The translations under genes and the position numbers were made by a program. The notes under the pieces were generated by a model that made no database searches, was not told the origin of the DNA, and saw only the letters and a program-made list of their open reading frames with translations. From Tubiluchus corallicola (lineage: Eukaryota; Animalia; Priapulida), in contig JAQGDQ010001334.1 in assembly GCA_030141605.1 (NCBI GenBank), positions 1-46,541 of the forward strand: DNA of 46,541 nt. Direction: 5' to 3'. How positions within the stretch are numbered: position 1 is the first letter of the stretch; each line of letters opens with the position of its first letter. Positions 13,432 through 25,565 of the stretch are shown one piece after another.

Positions 13432-13860
13432 TCATTCACCATCATATTTGCATGACACAAGCAATACTTTCTTGGACACATTTACATTTGCCACAACACC
13501 ATTTCGCTTACATATGATATTTGTAAGCATACATATGTATAGCATACATATATTATGCTATACAACAACAACATTGACTAAGTTGTTGACAAGATTTTGA
13601 TGCTTCAGAATACAAAGTCCAGTGTGATGTCCTGTCAGCCCTGTCAGTCCAGTAAAACCTTTGTGATATGGTGAGCCAAATGGTGATAGTAAAAAGCAGG
13701 TAGCGACAGTTCTGCTTCATGCACGACCTGATCAGTCTGGTCCAACATTGCATCCAATGACAATTTTCCTTGTGGATTGGTCCTTATGTGCTACGCCAAC
13801 AGTCGCAGTGATACATGTGTTGGCTTTGTTATACTAGAGTGCAGCAAAATGTTCACGCAC
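13432..13860 (-). pseudogene. Second, inverted decayed copy of the same AcademX-like C-terminus
   Basis: The minus strand gives HWTLYSEASKSCQQLSQCCC (ORF track 13553-13753) and CGKCKCVQESIACV..CKYDGE, matching the recalled WTTLPEASKACRELIKCGC..CKC..C..C.CDGEC terminus. Confidence 0.72.
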
Positions 13861-16800
13861 AAACTTGAGAAAACATACAGTAGGTGTAGTATTTCGAAGA
13901 AAATACAAGTATCAAAAACAGATATCGCACTTATGAGCTAGCAACAGCCATCTAGTCGGCCATCGTGGATGCTATGGCCATATTGAATAAGTTTCAGTTG
14001 GTTTCACGTCCAAAATTAATCAATCTAGTGGGTTTTAGCATTGTGCAAATTTTCTTGCTTTTAAAGTAAAATGAGCATTTGCGTGAGATATGGACTCCTT
14101 CATATGGAAATCCTGCGTTAAGGCACAAAAATCATCATCCAGTCTGCTCTGATATCTAAGATGTAGAGCTTAACAGCTAGCAACAGCCATATTGTCGGCC
14201 ATCTCGATAACTGCGGCAATATTTTCAAGACGAATATTTTGAGGTTTATGTAAGTTGAGGGCTTTATTGAACTCTAGCTGTGCAACGTTTCAAGCTTCTG
14301 AAGCAAAACGAGCATGTTTCTGCCACGTTTTCTTCTGAAAGCGTTTCTATCACTAAAGCATAGTCAGTTCTTAACAGAATTTAGTTTTTAACACTAATTT
14401 TTGCTGGTTAGAGCTATTTTGCAACCTTAAAGACTTTTTCTTAAAGTTTTTATATTTTGTTCTGTAATATCTTTCATTTCAAAAAGCACCGACACAAAAC
14501 ATTCTAAAGATTTAATTAATGTTTTAATCTATGCAAAATTTTAGCATCTATCGATTAAAATAACTTTTTTGTAATGAAATGTTAGTTGTTTATTTTACTG
14601 GAATCATTGTAACTGAGAAGTAATGTGTATTGCAAAAATTAGACTCGTTTGTTTAATACATTCAAGAACCACCAGATGGCTAAAATTATGGCAAGCCCAT
14701 AAATTTGCACTTTTGGCAGAAGAAAAGCAGTATTACCCAAAAAGTTACTAATGAAGCCCATGCACTGTGTGTTAATTTGACGTTGCTAACTTAATGTGTT
14801 GAACCGACGCCAGAGAGCTAAAATTATAACGAAACTAGAAATGGGTGAATGCTTGTACTGTACTGTGAAAATTATTTTTGGCATTTAATTTTTGCAACAT
14901 TTAAAAGATACATGTGGGCACAAGGACGCTTTGTCACGATTTCTCAGTATTCCCTTTATTAATCTGAGTTGCCAGATTGATTGATTGACTGATTTATTGA
15001 TCAATCGATTACTTCTTTTCAGCATAAAAGACATACAATTAAAATTTACAGTGACAAAAACTAGAAATACTGAAAGATTCTTTATGCACAATGTGAGTAA
15101 AAGCATTTAAAATTTACTTTGTCACCAAGATATTAAGAAATTGAATCAAAATTTTGAAAAAAATTATTTATAATACAGATGAGAGTTCACGACAGAAACT
15201 AAAAAAATTATAAAAATTAAAAGCTCGGTAATTATACCGTAGAAGCATTTTCTTCTAAATGAAATAAATAAAACACATTACAATCAAATATAAGCAAAAA
15301 CAGTTTGCAAATTCCGTTATGTTATATGCAATTTTTAGTCAGTCCAACACGTCATTACTGAAATTGTTCCAAAGTGTCAAACCACAAAAAATTGTACAAT
15401 AACTTTTAAATTAAGTAATTTTCAAATTGTACAGAAATAGAACATATATATTTTTAATTTTATGATACAAGTCGCTCTAAAAAAGAAATTGCATTTCTGA
15501 GTGACAAGCCTCCAGGATCCAGAGCCTATTCGACCATTTTATCCAACGTGATCACGTGATAACATTCTTTTTTAATATTTGTGAAATGCCACACTGCCTA
15601 CTTGTATTTCATATATTATATAGCAACGTTAACCTGGCCATTATTTTTGATATAATCTACAGCACGAAGCATTTTCCAATTTTCTTCTCAAAAAGAAGTA
15701 GAAATCAACTGCACCTTTTCACTGTCAAGTATCAACATTCCAATCAATTGTTCTAGAATACGTTTTTTCACATTCTCTCATTCACGCACGTGCATTTGCT
15801 TTAGGTCAAAGGTTAAGTGTACCACAGTAACAAGACTTACTTACAACTACCGTCTGCCACATCGTTTTAGCAATTTCAGTTTCGACGCCATTTCTTTTAT
15901 ATTTCACGTGAACTTTACTTAATTATACATGTACAGTGATTTTCTGGTATTTTAGCAGCATCTTGCTTTGTAATAACAAAAACGAATTATTGCTATTGCT
16001 TACAATAGTAAGGACTGCGAGGCATTGTCAAGTGTTATTTACAATTTTAGAAAGAAACAAAGCTAATAATTGATTTTCAGTATGGTAGTAAAAACAAGTC
16101 CAAACGGGGCAAGTGAGTGCTTATTTCAAGCATGTAAAGAAACAGGTACAAAAACTGGCTTTATTTTCTCTAAATTTCCATTTTTGCTTGGTATGGCTTT
16201 TGAATAGATTTTTTTCCCACTTTATGATGAGAAAGTCTGTAGCAAATTTGGAAATGAATCATCGAATGACAGTTTTGTTACTGGGAGATTTAAACATATA
16301 CTATAAACAAAGTAACACCTACAATTTTTTGTTTTATTATATTAGTTTTACTTTCCATTAGTGTAAACTTTTAGTGTATTAGTGTATATTAGTGTAAACA
16401 TTTTACTATCTACAAATATGTAATTGCAGGCAGTCACTAGCCACTTGGTGTATCATCATAATGCTGGTGACCCGACCCCAGGAGTAGTCCCTTGGGTATC
16501 ATAGATTTTACACAAAAAATCTGGTATATCAGTAATTATTTCTATGCATACAGACAAGGAATTACCTGCCCTGAAATTAAGCCTCTTACACATTCCAGTA
16601 TGACAAATCCAACTTCCTTAAGTGCAAGCCATCCAATTCATGGGTGCTTGGACACAATTACGGATACGGATAAAACATCTCGTCTTGGGCAGGTTTCAGA
16701 ACCCTAACTACCAATGGTGTAACTTTTATTATCGAAAGTTGCTCTGCATTTATCTAACTGTAAAAATAAAAATCGTTTACTTGCTATTTCTAACGTAATT

Positions 16801-17066
16801 TTACTGTATAAAGCGTGTAAAAATATGCTGGTAATAAATGTATATAAGCTAAATATAAAATGATTTATTTAATACATGTAGAATAGGTTAATGTCAATGT
16901 GTATGTAGTGCTACCTTTGCATCTGACGCATCTGTCTTCTTTACAATGTTTTGTGCACTGGTTAATGTCACATACATAATACAGATGTATAGTTTCAACA
17001 TATGATAATCAATTTACGATAAATAAAGATATACATGTAAAACAATAAACAGATATAATATATATA

Positions 17067-17072
17067 TTTATT
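17067..17072 (-). terminator. Putative polyadenylation signal AATAAA of lectin copy 1
   Basis: AATAAA on the minus strand about 190 nt after the stop codon; conserved at the same position in copy 2. Confidence 0.5.
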
Positions 17073-17263
17073 ATTATTACTGTACCCCATAACAAATATT
17101 TCAGCAAGTATATAGTTCTGACAAGTTTTCTTCATTTGCTACATAACCTAACCCAAATCTTTGCCATTCTTAAATCTAACATGTAAATGATGTAGAAAAT
17201 AGCTGAGACATTGTGATCAAATGAAGCTCACTTGTGTGATATGCCCAAAGATCAAAAATTTAG

Positions 17264-19596
17264 CTAGTCAGCAGGGGATTTACATATGTATGAACGATTA
17301 CCATTACAAGGACAGTCATTCCATGTGCCAAAATGATGGAAATTGATATCCACACAGTGTTCTTTCCCTAATCTGTTGTTAGGCTCCTTATTCGGCTCCC
17401 AATTATTATATAAGATGAGATGGGCGTTAGAAATTCACATCCAATATCCTTCTAGGTATTGATCTGTCCCACCAATCCAAAATACCCTATCTCCCCAATC
17501 AGAATCTACAAAAAGAATATTAATTAAAATTAAAAAACATGACATCATGAGACAAGTTCCATTTGGGTAAAGAGATAAATTCAGTTAAAATTGTCCCCTT
17601 CAGGACCATGACAGCTTGCTGCATTTTGAAAGAGGTTCATGAAAAATTGCTCTCGCTAATCAGTGATTATGTAACTGAATTTTTTTGGTTTCTTCTCTCC
17701 ACAGAATCTATTTTCGTGCAAAATTGAAATTGATTTTAAAAAATCAACGAATCTTTCGACAACTGGAGTGTTTGCACTGTAACAATGTGCAGTATTACTT
17801 GTGTGAAATCGGCTAATATAGAAGAAAAATTCAACTATCCAGATACAACGCACCCATGCTCTCTGGCCTTTAGATATATTCAGTAGGTTCTTTTGCTAAA
17901 ATAGCAGCAGAACACTGGGCAGCTTGGGCTGCAGGCGATCAATAAATTAGTGTGTACCAGTCTAAGCTAATTAAAGGGCTCAGACAGTAATAGAAAAGTC
18001 ATGCGTCTTATAAAACCCATTTTGAATGGACTGGTCCTGAAGGAGTTGGGACAACTGACTATTTATTCGACAAACAGTGTTTTGCTGAATCTGAACTCAA
18101 TTTTACTGGTGGCTTCTAATGTGTAAAATGCGTGAATTAAAATAAACCATCAAGAAACACACATGTGTGATACAACATTTTGGAATAAAGCAAACATTTA
18201 CTGCAGTTACTAAAAGTTTTTTCTCAATTTATTCATCAAGAATCGATTGTAATTTTGCCTAAGATAAGCATTTCATCTATAATTACGCTTGAAAACGTAT
18301 TGTGTGAAGAGTAGAAACCTACAAAAATGATAAAATATAATGTTTTATTTGCTTAGTGAAAGCAGTTTTTCTTGAACCCACGCAAAATGCAGAAAACGCT
18401 TACAGTTCGTAAAGGATTTGACCAACTTCAGACATTTATCCCTGTACCCCCAATACGAGTAAGAAGTATTAAAGCACTTATTTTTGTAGTGTTCAGAGAT
18501 ACATCAATGGAAATACAGGTGAAAGTGACTGTGTACATGGAGGTGGAATTTCATGTCCACGGCAACCCTAGTGATGGCTAGGAGTTTCCACTGATCAATA
18601 AGAGATTACCAGGTGCTCACACGCTCTTACCATCATATGTCTAGAGGTTTTACAAATGAAGTCAGAATTGCAACCAGGACACGTATTTGTAAATCACATA
18701 AAAATTATGAAAATAACAACACGAGAACCACATTTAAAAAGGACAGGTAGGCGGTAATTTAATTTCAAAACAATGTGCAGATCATTTTGGGGATATAGTG
18801 ACTAATTTGATGATTACAAATAAGGATAGCACACAATTAGGCCTTATTCTAAAATTAAGACTTAACATGCGGGTGCACTTGATTTTTCCAAAATCGTAGT
18901 TTCATCGGTTGTTCCCACCCTACAATTTTAAAAAATTAATCTTCAGCTCAATAAAACAACATAATTATGTTCTACATCAAACTTTGACAGCTATGCTGGA
19001 CCATAATTTTAATGGGCCTATAAAACAAAAGAGTAAAAATTCCGTACAAATTAAAATACTTACCCTTCTCTACAATACTTTTTGTGTAGTCAGTTATAAA
19101 GCGATTTTCTGCACCTGTTGTTATAGTAGCTAATTCACCACCTCTCATTTTGCATGATATCACAGCTTTCCACCAATATAATTTTGGATTAGTATGAAAC
19201 CAGTAACAATTTCCATTATAGTGTATTCCACCATTTAGACAACAAGTTGAGTTTGATTCAGCCTGATTTTTGATGAAAAACAAGTTGTAATATAAAAGAC
19301 GCAAATGAGATTAGTTTATTGCTTTAAAATTGAAGATGATTTTCTGTAAATCATAAAAAAGCAGTTTACATCATAACTAAAAAACGCTTCTCTATTATTA
19401 TCTTGTAATTGATAATAAGGAAACTCCTCATTTTTCAGTACCATGCGTCAAAGCTTCAATAATAATAAAAGTCAAAACAAATAGTTGATTGTATTACAAC
19501 AGTTACCTTGTTAGATCTTTCAGTGCTTGCACTAGGACCACGCAGATTAGCTAACACATACAGTAGCAGTAACACAAACAGTAAGGTCACATTCAT
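17264..19596 (-). pseudogene. C-type lectin copy 1 with premature TGA in exon 3; join of 19507-19596, 19064-19262, 17264-17505
   Basis: Exon sizes (90/199/242) and splice sites match copy 2. Exon 3 reads DSDWGDRVFWIGGTDQYLEGYWM*ISNAHLILYNNWEPNKEPNNRLGKEHCVDINFHHFGTWNDCPCNGNRSYICKSPAD. The TGA at 17435-17437 aligns to TGG (Trp) in copy 2. Confidence 0.85.
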
Positions 19597-20338
19597 TGTG
19601 CATACAGGCACAATTGTCCAGATGAACAGTCTTGCAGTTTTTTAATGTAACTAATAAGCAAAATATATAAAAGTCCATAAAAGAGGCTGCAGTTAATAAA
19701 TAAATTACTTGCTAAAAGCATGTAAAATGAAACATTAAAATTACTGCTCAGCTTAATTTTAATTAGTCAGAAAAAAAACAAATTTATATCTATACATAAT
19801 TTGTGGAGACATTTAAGGCTGTCCCTGACCATTATGAATGTCTGATGCAGTGTGAAAAGGAACTTGGCAATTTTAATAATTACTTAGATCTCAAGTACGA
19901 AAGACGCACTACAGGTTGATCAGTAATTAAGAAGCCTCTTCAGCAAGCGCCATCCATTTTAGCCACTTCTCAGATAGCATTTCTTCTATTGTGGGACTAG
20001 TAATAGTTTTTTCTTCATTATAATATACAGATAACAACAAAGTGTACACCCGAAACGTGCTAAAATCATATGCAGCTTTTAGTGAAGCCTGGTATAGTGT
20101 GCAGCACATGTAGTACTAAGAAGCTGAACAAAACTTTTGACGGTTCCGCCGTCGGCTGATCTTCAAGTGCTGTTTTTACATTTTTGCCAGATTTTAAGAC
20201 AGACATTTGCTCTGCCCGAATGATTCAGCAAAACATTACTAGAGCACCATTGCAGTGTCTTATATTAACATACATAATAACATAGTCTGCAGTGCAAGTG
20301 TTCAAGACATTTCAACTAAGTTACTAATGTTATTATTA

Positions 20339-20646
20339 CTAGCTAAACCCCGCAAAAAGAATTTTGCACATAAACCCATAAAACAACTCACACCAACCTA
20401 CCCACACCGCTCACAACACACCACACTGCCCACATCATACCACCCAAACCACAGCACACCATACCACGCCCACCAAACCACCAACAGCACCTACAACACA
20501 CAAGCCACACCATACCACCCCACCATGCTACCCACACCACATCATCCACTCCACATAAACTTTCACCATACAACAGCCAATACATCACACCATGCAAAAC
20601 CCACGACATAGCATGGTAACCATGTTGATAATGATGATGGCGGTGG

Positions 20647-20686
<40 letters not shown>

Positions 20687-20704
20687 AATGATAATGATGA
20701 TGAT

Positions 20705-20742
<38 letters not shown>

Positions 20743-20870
20743 AATGATGATGATGATGATGATTATGATGATGATGATGATGACAACGATGATGACAACG
20801 ATGACAACACATACAAATCCAATAGTACAGTTTTATACCAAAACCTTGCAAGACATTCTGTAAAATATGT
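20339..20870 (-). mobile_element. Helitron 3'-end fragment upstream of lectin copy 1
   Basis: a|ctagctaaaccccgcaaaaagaattttgc (CTAG plus hairpin), then a CACCA-rich tract and (GAT)n, the same layout as 42807-43620. Confidence 0.7.
20626..20805 (+). repeat. (GAT)n microsatellite within Helitron fragment
   Basis: Direct reading; degenerate paralog at 35495-35650. Confidence 0.95.
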
Positions 20871-21135
20871 ATTTTCTTTAAGGTGTTTCAAACATTTCTT
20901 TGCTTGCACTGGCATTTTCAACTTCGACCACTTGTGAAATGTAAAACTCGGGGAAAGTTCAGGCATATGGGAATGCAAAAGTTTATATTGGGCAGACAAC
21001 CATGTTGTTTGATAGCTATTGAGCCAGTGAATAATGTATATCCCAGCTGAGGTGTTACAAACTTTTCCTTGATTAGACCAGCACTTGTACTTGTATGCAA
21101 CCACACAAAAAAAGGGGTTCACAACTAAACAATAT

Positions 21136-21448
21136 TGTGTTGCGGAGCCCTCCCCTGGGGGCTGTCAGGGGATCGAGGGCCGCGAAGACGGCTGAGCAGT
21201 CAGCTTTCGTTGGCGCGCTTTGCATTCCACTAGGACGGAGTGCAGAGAAAGAAATACAAAAGATAAATAATCAGGTTCAAACTACGCCGTACCTACCCCA
21301 AACGACAATCCTGTTAAGCACTGAAAAGAGCAGCACACATGGTGGACGTGAGCACGACAGAGACGTAGTAACCTACGTGCTCACCGCTTTTATAGCAAGT
21401 GACTTTGCGCATGCGCAAAGTTAACCTTGACTAAGCGTGGCCGCAACA
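21136..21448 (-). mobile_element. Solo LTR (313 bp) with ATAT target-site duplication
   Basis: TGTTGCGG..CCGCAACA terminal inverted repeat; ATAT at 21132-21135 and 21449-21452; absent at the paralogous empty site (about 36001, aacaatatcaact); TATAAAA on the minus strand at about 21388-21394. Confidence 0.8.
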
Positions 21449-22717
21449 ATATAAACTATATTCACTAAATTCAGAATTGGTGCCCACAAATTGGATATTG
21501 TGAGGGGAGAAAATACCTGCTCACCAAAGAATATGTAAAATGTGTTAGATGAATCAAGTGGCAGATGAAATGCATTTTCACTGATATTTTAATGCTTCGA
21601 ACACTTACTTGCTTAAAATTTATTCCACACGTAAAGTCACCAGCTTTGAAGTAAATGCGTATGATTGAAATTATCCAAAAACTATGGTTGCACGTTTAAT
21701 TCTTGGACACATTGTATTGTAATAATAGAATTCTTTGAGGCATTGTTCTTGTCATAGTAAAATTAATAATAACATTGTTCTAACTTCTTAGAATTTATTC
21801 TAAACTCTTAACGGATCAAGGGATCTTTTAATTAGAATAAAAACCCAGAGGTGTAAAAAATTACCCCATAAACGTTTTGCTTAATATGTGTTACTAACTG
21901 GATAGAATGACCAATTGGTAGTTGAAGTGCTCCTATTAGTACAAACCTAAGTCCTGTGACAAGTTGGCATAGATTTATAAGGGCTCCAAGGACGAAAAAT
22001 GGCTTCAAAGCATTGCACTATATTGTTTATACTATAATTATTTTTATACTTGGTTTTTCAAGTCTTGTGAAATTTTTTATAATAGCCTAATGATGTTCAA
22101 GGTTTAATTTTAAGACATCCGCTTCGTCTTCACTAGCTCAATCTTCTAAAATCTTTTTATCTTCATCAGCTTCAAGCTTAGTTGCCTGTACAGCTAATGT
22201 TCCAGCCATATTACTAAATGAAGAATGTTCATGAACATTAATATAAAATTTTATCAACAGATTGTCAAAACATTTCTTTGGAGAATTGGAGGTTTGCAGA
22301 ACTTCTCAATTTTAAAAGTAAACACATATTGCTGCCAGAAAGAAAATTACTGCAAATTAAATCCAAAATTTTGTTTACATAAAAGATTAAGGGGGTAATA
22401 AGTTACCCCTCATCAGGTAGCATCTGGCACCCGAAATTATTATTTGGCCGATTTTTTAAAGGCAGTTATGGTAGTAGGGTTGTCTGACGAGTTGTCTCTA
22501 GAAGAGTTGTCCTTGATTATTCTTGGGCAATGATTCATAGGGTTTTGATGATGCTCAGCAAAGAAGATTGCCACGTTTATATGTTGGTCCATAAGAAATA
22601 TACCTTAGTTCAGATAATGCATTACACATATCCCCACTTTTGTCTGAGACATATAATTAAAGATGTCTGAACTTTTTATTGAGTAAATAAGACTTAGTTA
22701 ACATCAGAATACGTTAG

Positions 22718-22940
22718 TGGTGTCTAAGTAATTATCGGTTTTCAAGGTCAAGGAATTCATTTTGATCGCTAAAAACACCAGTGATCATCACCTCAGGATT
22801 TATGAAGCTGCCAAGATGACTGCAGCTGTGTAACAATTTTAACTATATTGCATGTTCTAAGAGAAATAGGTAAATTATAGTAACATACTTATAGATTTAT
22901 GACAGAGTCCAATATGGGTGCCATGTTCAAGATGGTGAAA
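22718..22940 (+). mobile_element. Fragment of the Academ-like terminal arm (longer paralog at about 38020-38360)
   Basis: Shares ggtgtctaa..ggttttcaaggtcaaggaat and caagatgg motifs with 2610-2700 and 12300-12330. Confidence 0.5.
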
Positions 22941-23025
22941 AGTGAAAAAATGCCAGTAACTAACTTACAAAAATGAAAATCATCAGCTCAATCAGCTTAT
23001 GGTGTCAGAGAAAGTGAGGGAGTGC

Positions 23026-23074
23026 GAGAGAGAGAGAGAGAGAGCGAGAGAGAGATTGAGAGAGAGAGAGAGAG
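23026..23074 (+). repeat. (GA)n microsatellite
   Basis: Direct reading; paralog at 38437-38514. Confidence 0.95.
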
Positions 23075-25004
23075 AATAATGAAGTTACTGGTTTTTACCA
23101 TGAATGTTACTAGAACTGCATGATGCAAAATTTGGACAAAAAACAGTAAACTTAGTTGCTGCAAAAACAAATAGCGGCATCGTCTCACTTTTGATTGCAA
23201 GTGTATATAGTTATTGTCAGTTACGATAAATGTTAAGAGAAAATAACTGTCATTTACCGCTTTGTTAACTTAATTTTTTCATTGCCAGTTAGAGCCTAAG
23301 TTAAAGATTGCAACTGCATATAAAACAGTTTTTGTAGAGCGTTTTAACACTTTTATGCTAAAACAGAGTAACTCGAGTTCCAAAACACGGTAGACGTTTT
23401 TATGCATGTAAACTAAAAATAAACGAGAAAAATAAAAAAGTAACAAAGTGAGAAGAGACAAACGTAAAAATAAAGCCCAGAAAAAGTGTGCAAAGAAGAA
23501 AAAATGCAAGAACAAAAATATTAACAAAAAAAACAGAAAATAATGCCCTCGGAAACAAAAAAATTTGATTAAATTTTTTTTCCATGAATTCACGAATAGC
23601 CTACATTATAGTAACTTGCTTATTTGTAAGAAATTTGTTGTGTTAGTGTTCTCAGAAACTAAAAGCTTTCGAGCTTTTTTTACAACTGATTATTTTCATG
23701 TAATATTATATAATATCTTTCAGCAAACGATTTAAAAAAACTGGTTTTACACTGCAAGATTACTAATCTGCATTTTTTCAACCTTTTTACTCTTTCACAC
23801 GGCTATCATTCATTCTCAGCACTACTTCCATACCATGTTAAGCTCGTATATATTCGAGCTGAATCATAAGAACTTTCTGTCGAAGGAAAATTTTCATATG
23901 CTATTTTATAGAATGGATTATTTTGACTTACAATTTAAGATTGTGTCCTGTTTTGCTTTAAATGTTTTTGCTTGACGGTCAGACGTGCCTGTTGTAAAAG
24001 AAGCTTGCAGGCCAACAAAAATTGCACACAAAGCAGTAACTACAAGTAAAAGCAGCTGTTCTGATCCAATTCTTTTAAACTTCTCAGCAACAATACATCA
24101 ATTTTTTACTGTTTTAGATTCGATTGTCTGACGTCAAAAATGACAATTACTTAAAAAAACGTGACAGTAACACTCGTTTTCAGGACAGAGTTGCCTTCAG
24201 AACGTGTCACTGATGCTTGACGTGGACGCGAATGATGCCAGAGAGCTGCAAATGAAAAGGCTAAGGGACGCTCATGTTCACTCTGTTTAAGAAAAATAGC
24301 ATTACTAGGAAAAATAACTTTATTATCAAACTCTTAGCTATTTTTTACAGTATCAATTTCTTTTCTACTACTCTGCTTAGTCACTACCTATTTGGCTTTT
24401 GTAAATACGTAATTACAGGATAATTTACTGTACCAATGTCTTTTCTACTGTTCTGCTTATTCTTAGGTTATTAAGTCAATACTTAGTTAGTGCCTAATAT
24501 TCTATACTGTGGCCATTAAAACATGATAATCAAACTAATTTACTACAAATTGTTTGTCAGTAATAACGCCATTAGACCATCAAGAAAATCACAGTGGGGC
24601 AATTTGTACCTTGAAATGCACCCGCCTCTACCTTTTTTTACGGATGCAGCACACCTACCTTAAATTTAGCAAGTTTTCCACGTACATCTCAATATTCATG
24701 TTTTTGTTTTCAGATTGGCCCATTTTGCTTTTGGTCTTTAAACTATCTTTAGAGAAGCCTTAACATATCAAGAGCGCTCATATTTAAAGCTGTAAAACAC
24801 CTAGCATTTGTGTCGTATCTGACAAAAGATGCATTGGCTGATAAAGAGTAGAAAAATAAATCTACCGTTTCAGTTTCAAAGACACTTGTCATATTAAATC
24901 TTTTTCCTACAAACTATTATACTAATCAGAGGTGCTTCAGTACAGATTTTGGTGCAGGAAATCCTCGAAATTCTCCTGTGTCTAAAAAACAATGTAAAAC
25001 CATA

Positions 25005-25565
25005 AATACTCTTGAGTGTTCATTAGTAAATCGTTAATTACACTTGAGAGTCAACCTTAGTAAAACCTTAATATTATTACTCTTGAGAGTGTACCTTAGT
25101 ATAAACCTAACATTGATACTCTTGAGAGTGTACATTAGTAAAACGTTAATTACACTTGAGAGTCCACTATAGTAAACTCCTAACATTAATGCTTTTAAAG
25201 TGTTCATTAGTAAAACGCTAATTACACTTGAGAGTCAACTATAGTAAACTCCTAACATTAATGCTTTTAAAGTGTTCATTAGTAAAACGCTAATTACACT
25301 TGAGAGTCAACTATAGTAAACTCCTAACATTAATGCTTTTAAAGTGTTCATTAGTAAAACGCTAATTACACTTGAGAGTCAACTATAGTAAACTCCTAAC
25401 ATTAATGCTTTTAAAGTGTTCATTAGTAAAACGCTAATTACACTTGAGAGTCAACCTTAGTAAAACCTTAATATTAATACTCTTGTAAGTGTACTTTAGT
25501 AAAATGCTAGTCACTCTTGAGAGCATACGCTAGTGAAACATGAGTTACTCTTGAGGTTGTACATC
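25005..25565 (+). repeat. Minisatellite: about 36-bp monomers forming a 72-bp dimeric unit
   Basis: tacacttgagagtc recurs at 25151, 25223, 25295, 25367 and 25439; degenerate monomers flank the homogeneous core. Confidence 0.92.

Larger units (their letters stand above)
12095..14325. mobile_element. Palindromic (foldback) non-autonomous element derived from an AcademX-like DNA transposon; longest copy
   Basis: The left arm (about 12095-13312) is an imperfect inverted copy of the right arm (about 13430-14325). Both arms carry decayed coding sequence of the same transposase C-terminus, arranged tail-to-tail. Confidence 0.75.

Noticed and set aside
17080-17437. Selenocysteine reading of the in-frame TGA in lectin copy 1
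   Set aside because: The TGA aligns to Trp, not Cys. The one ATGA..AA..GA candidate I noticed in the 3'UTR does not form a SECIS stem.
19660-19672. TATA box for the lectin genes
   Set aside because: TATATA is present about 70 bp upstream of the ATG in both copies but is too weak in this AT-rich background to call without TSS data.
22385-22422. Hammerhead ribozyme-like CTGATGA plus stem (minus strand ctgatgag-gggtaa-ctta-ttaccc)
   Set aside because: The required GAAA after stem II is absent, and the stem is not preserved in the paralog at about 36930-36955.
23279-23593. Hydrophobic Phe/Leu-rich ORFs resembling membrane proteins (also 38710-39015)
   Set aside because: They result from A-rich low-complexity DNA, and the frame is not conserved between the duplicated copies.
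25005-25565. CRISPR-like periodicity (about 36-bp units, 72-bp period)
   Set aside because: The intervening sequences are identical copies rather than unique spacers, there are no cas genes, and the context is eukaryotic. It is a minisatellite.
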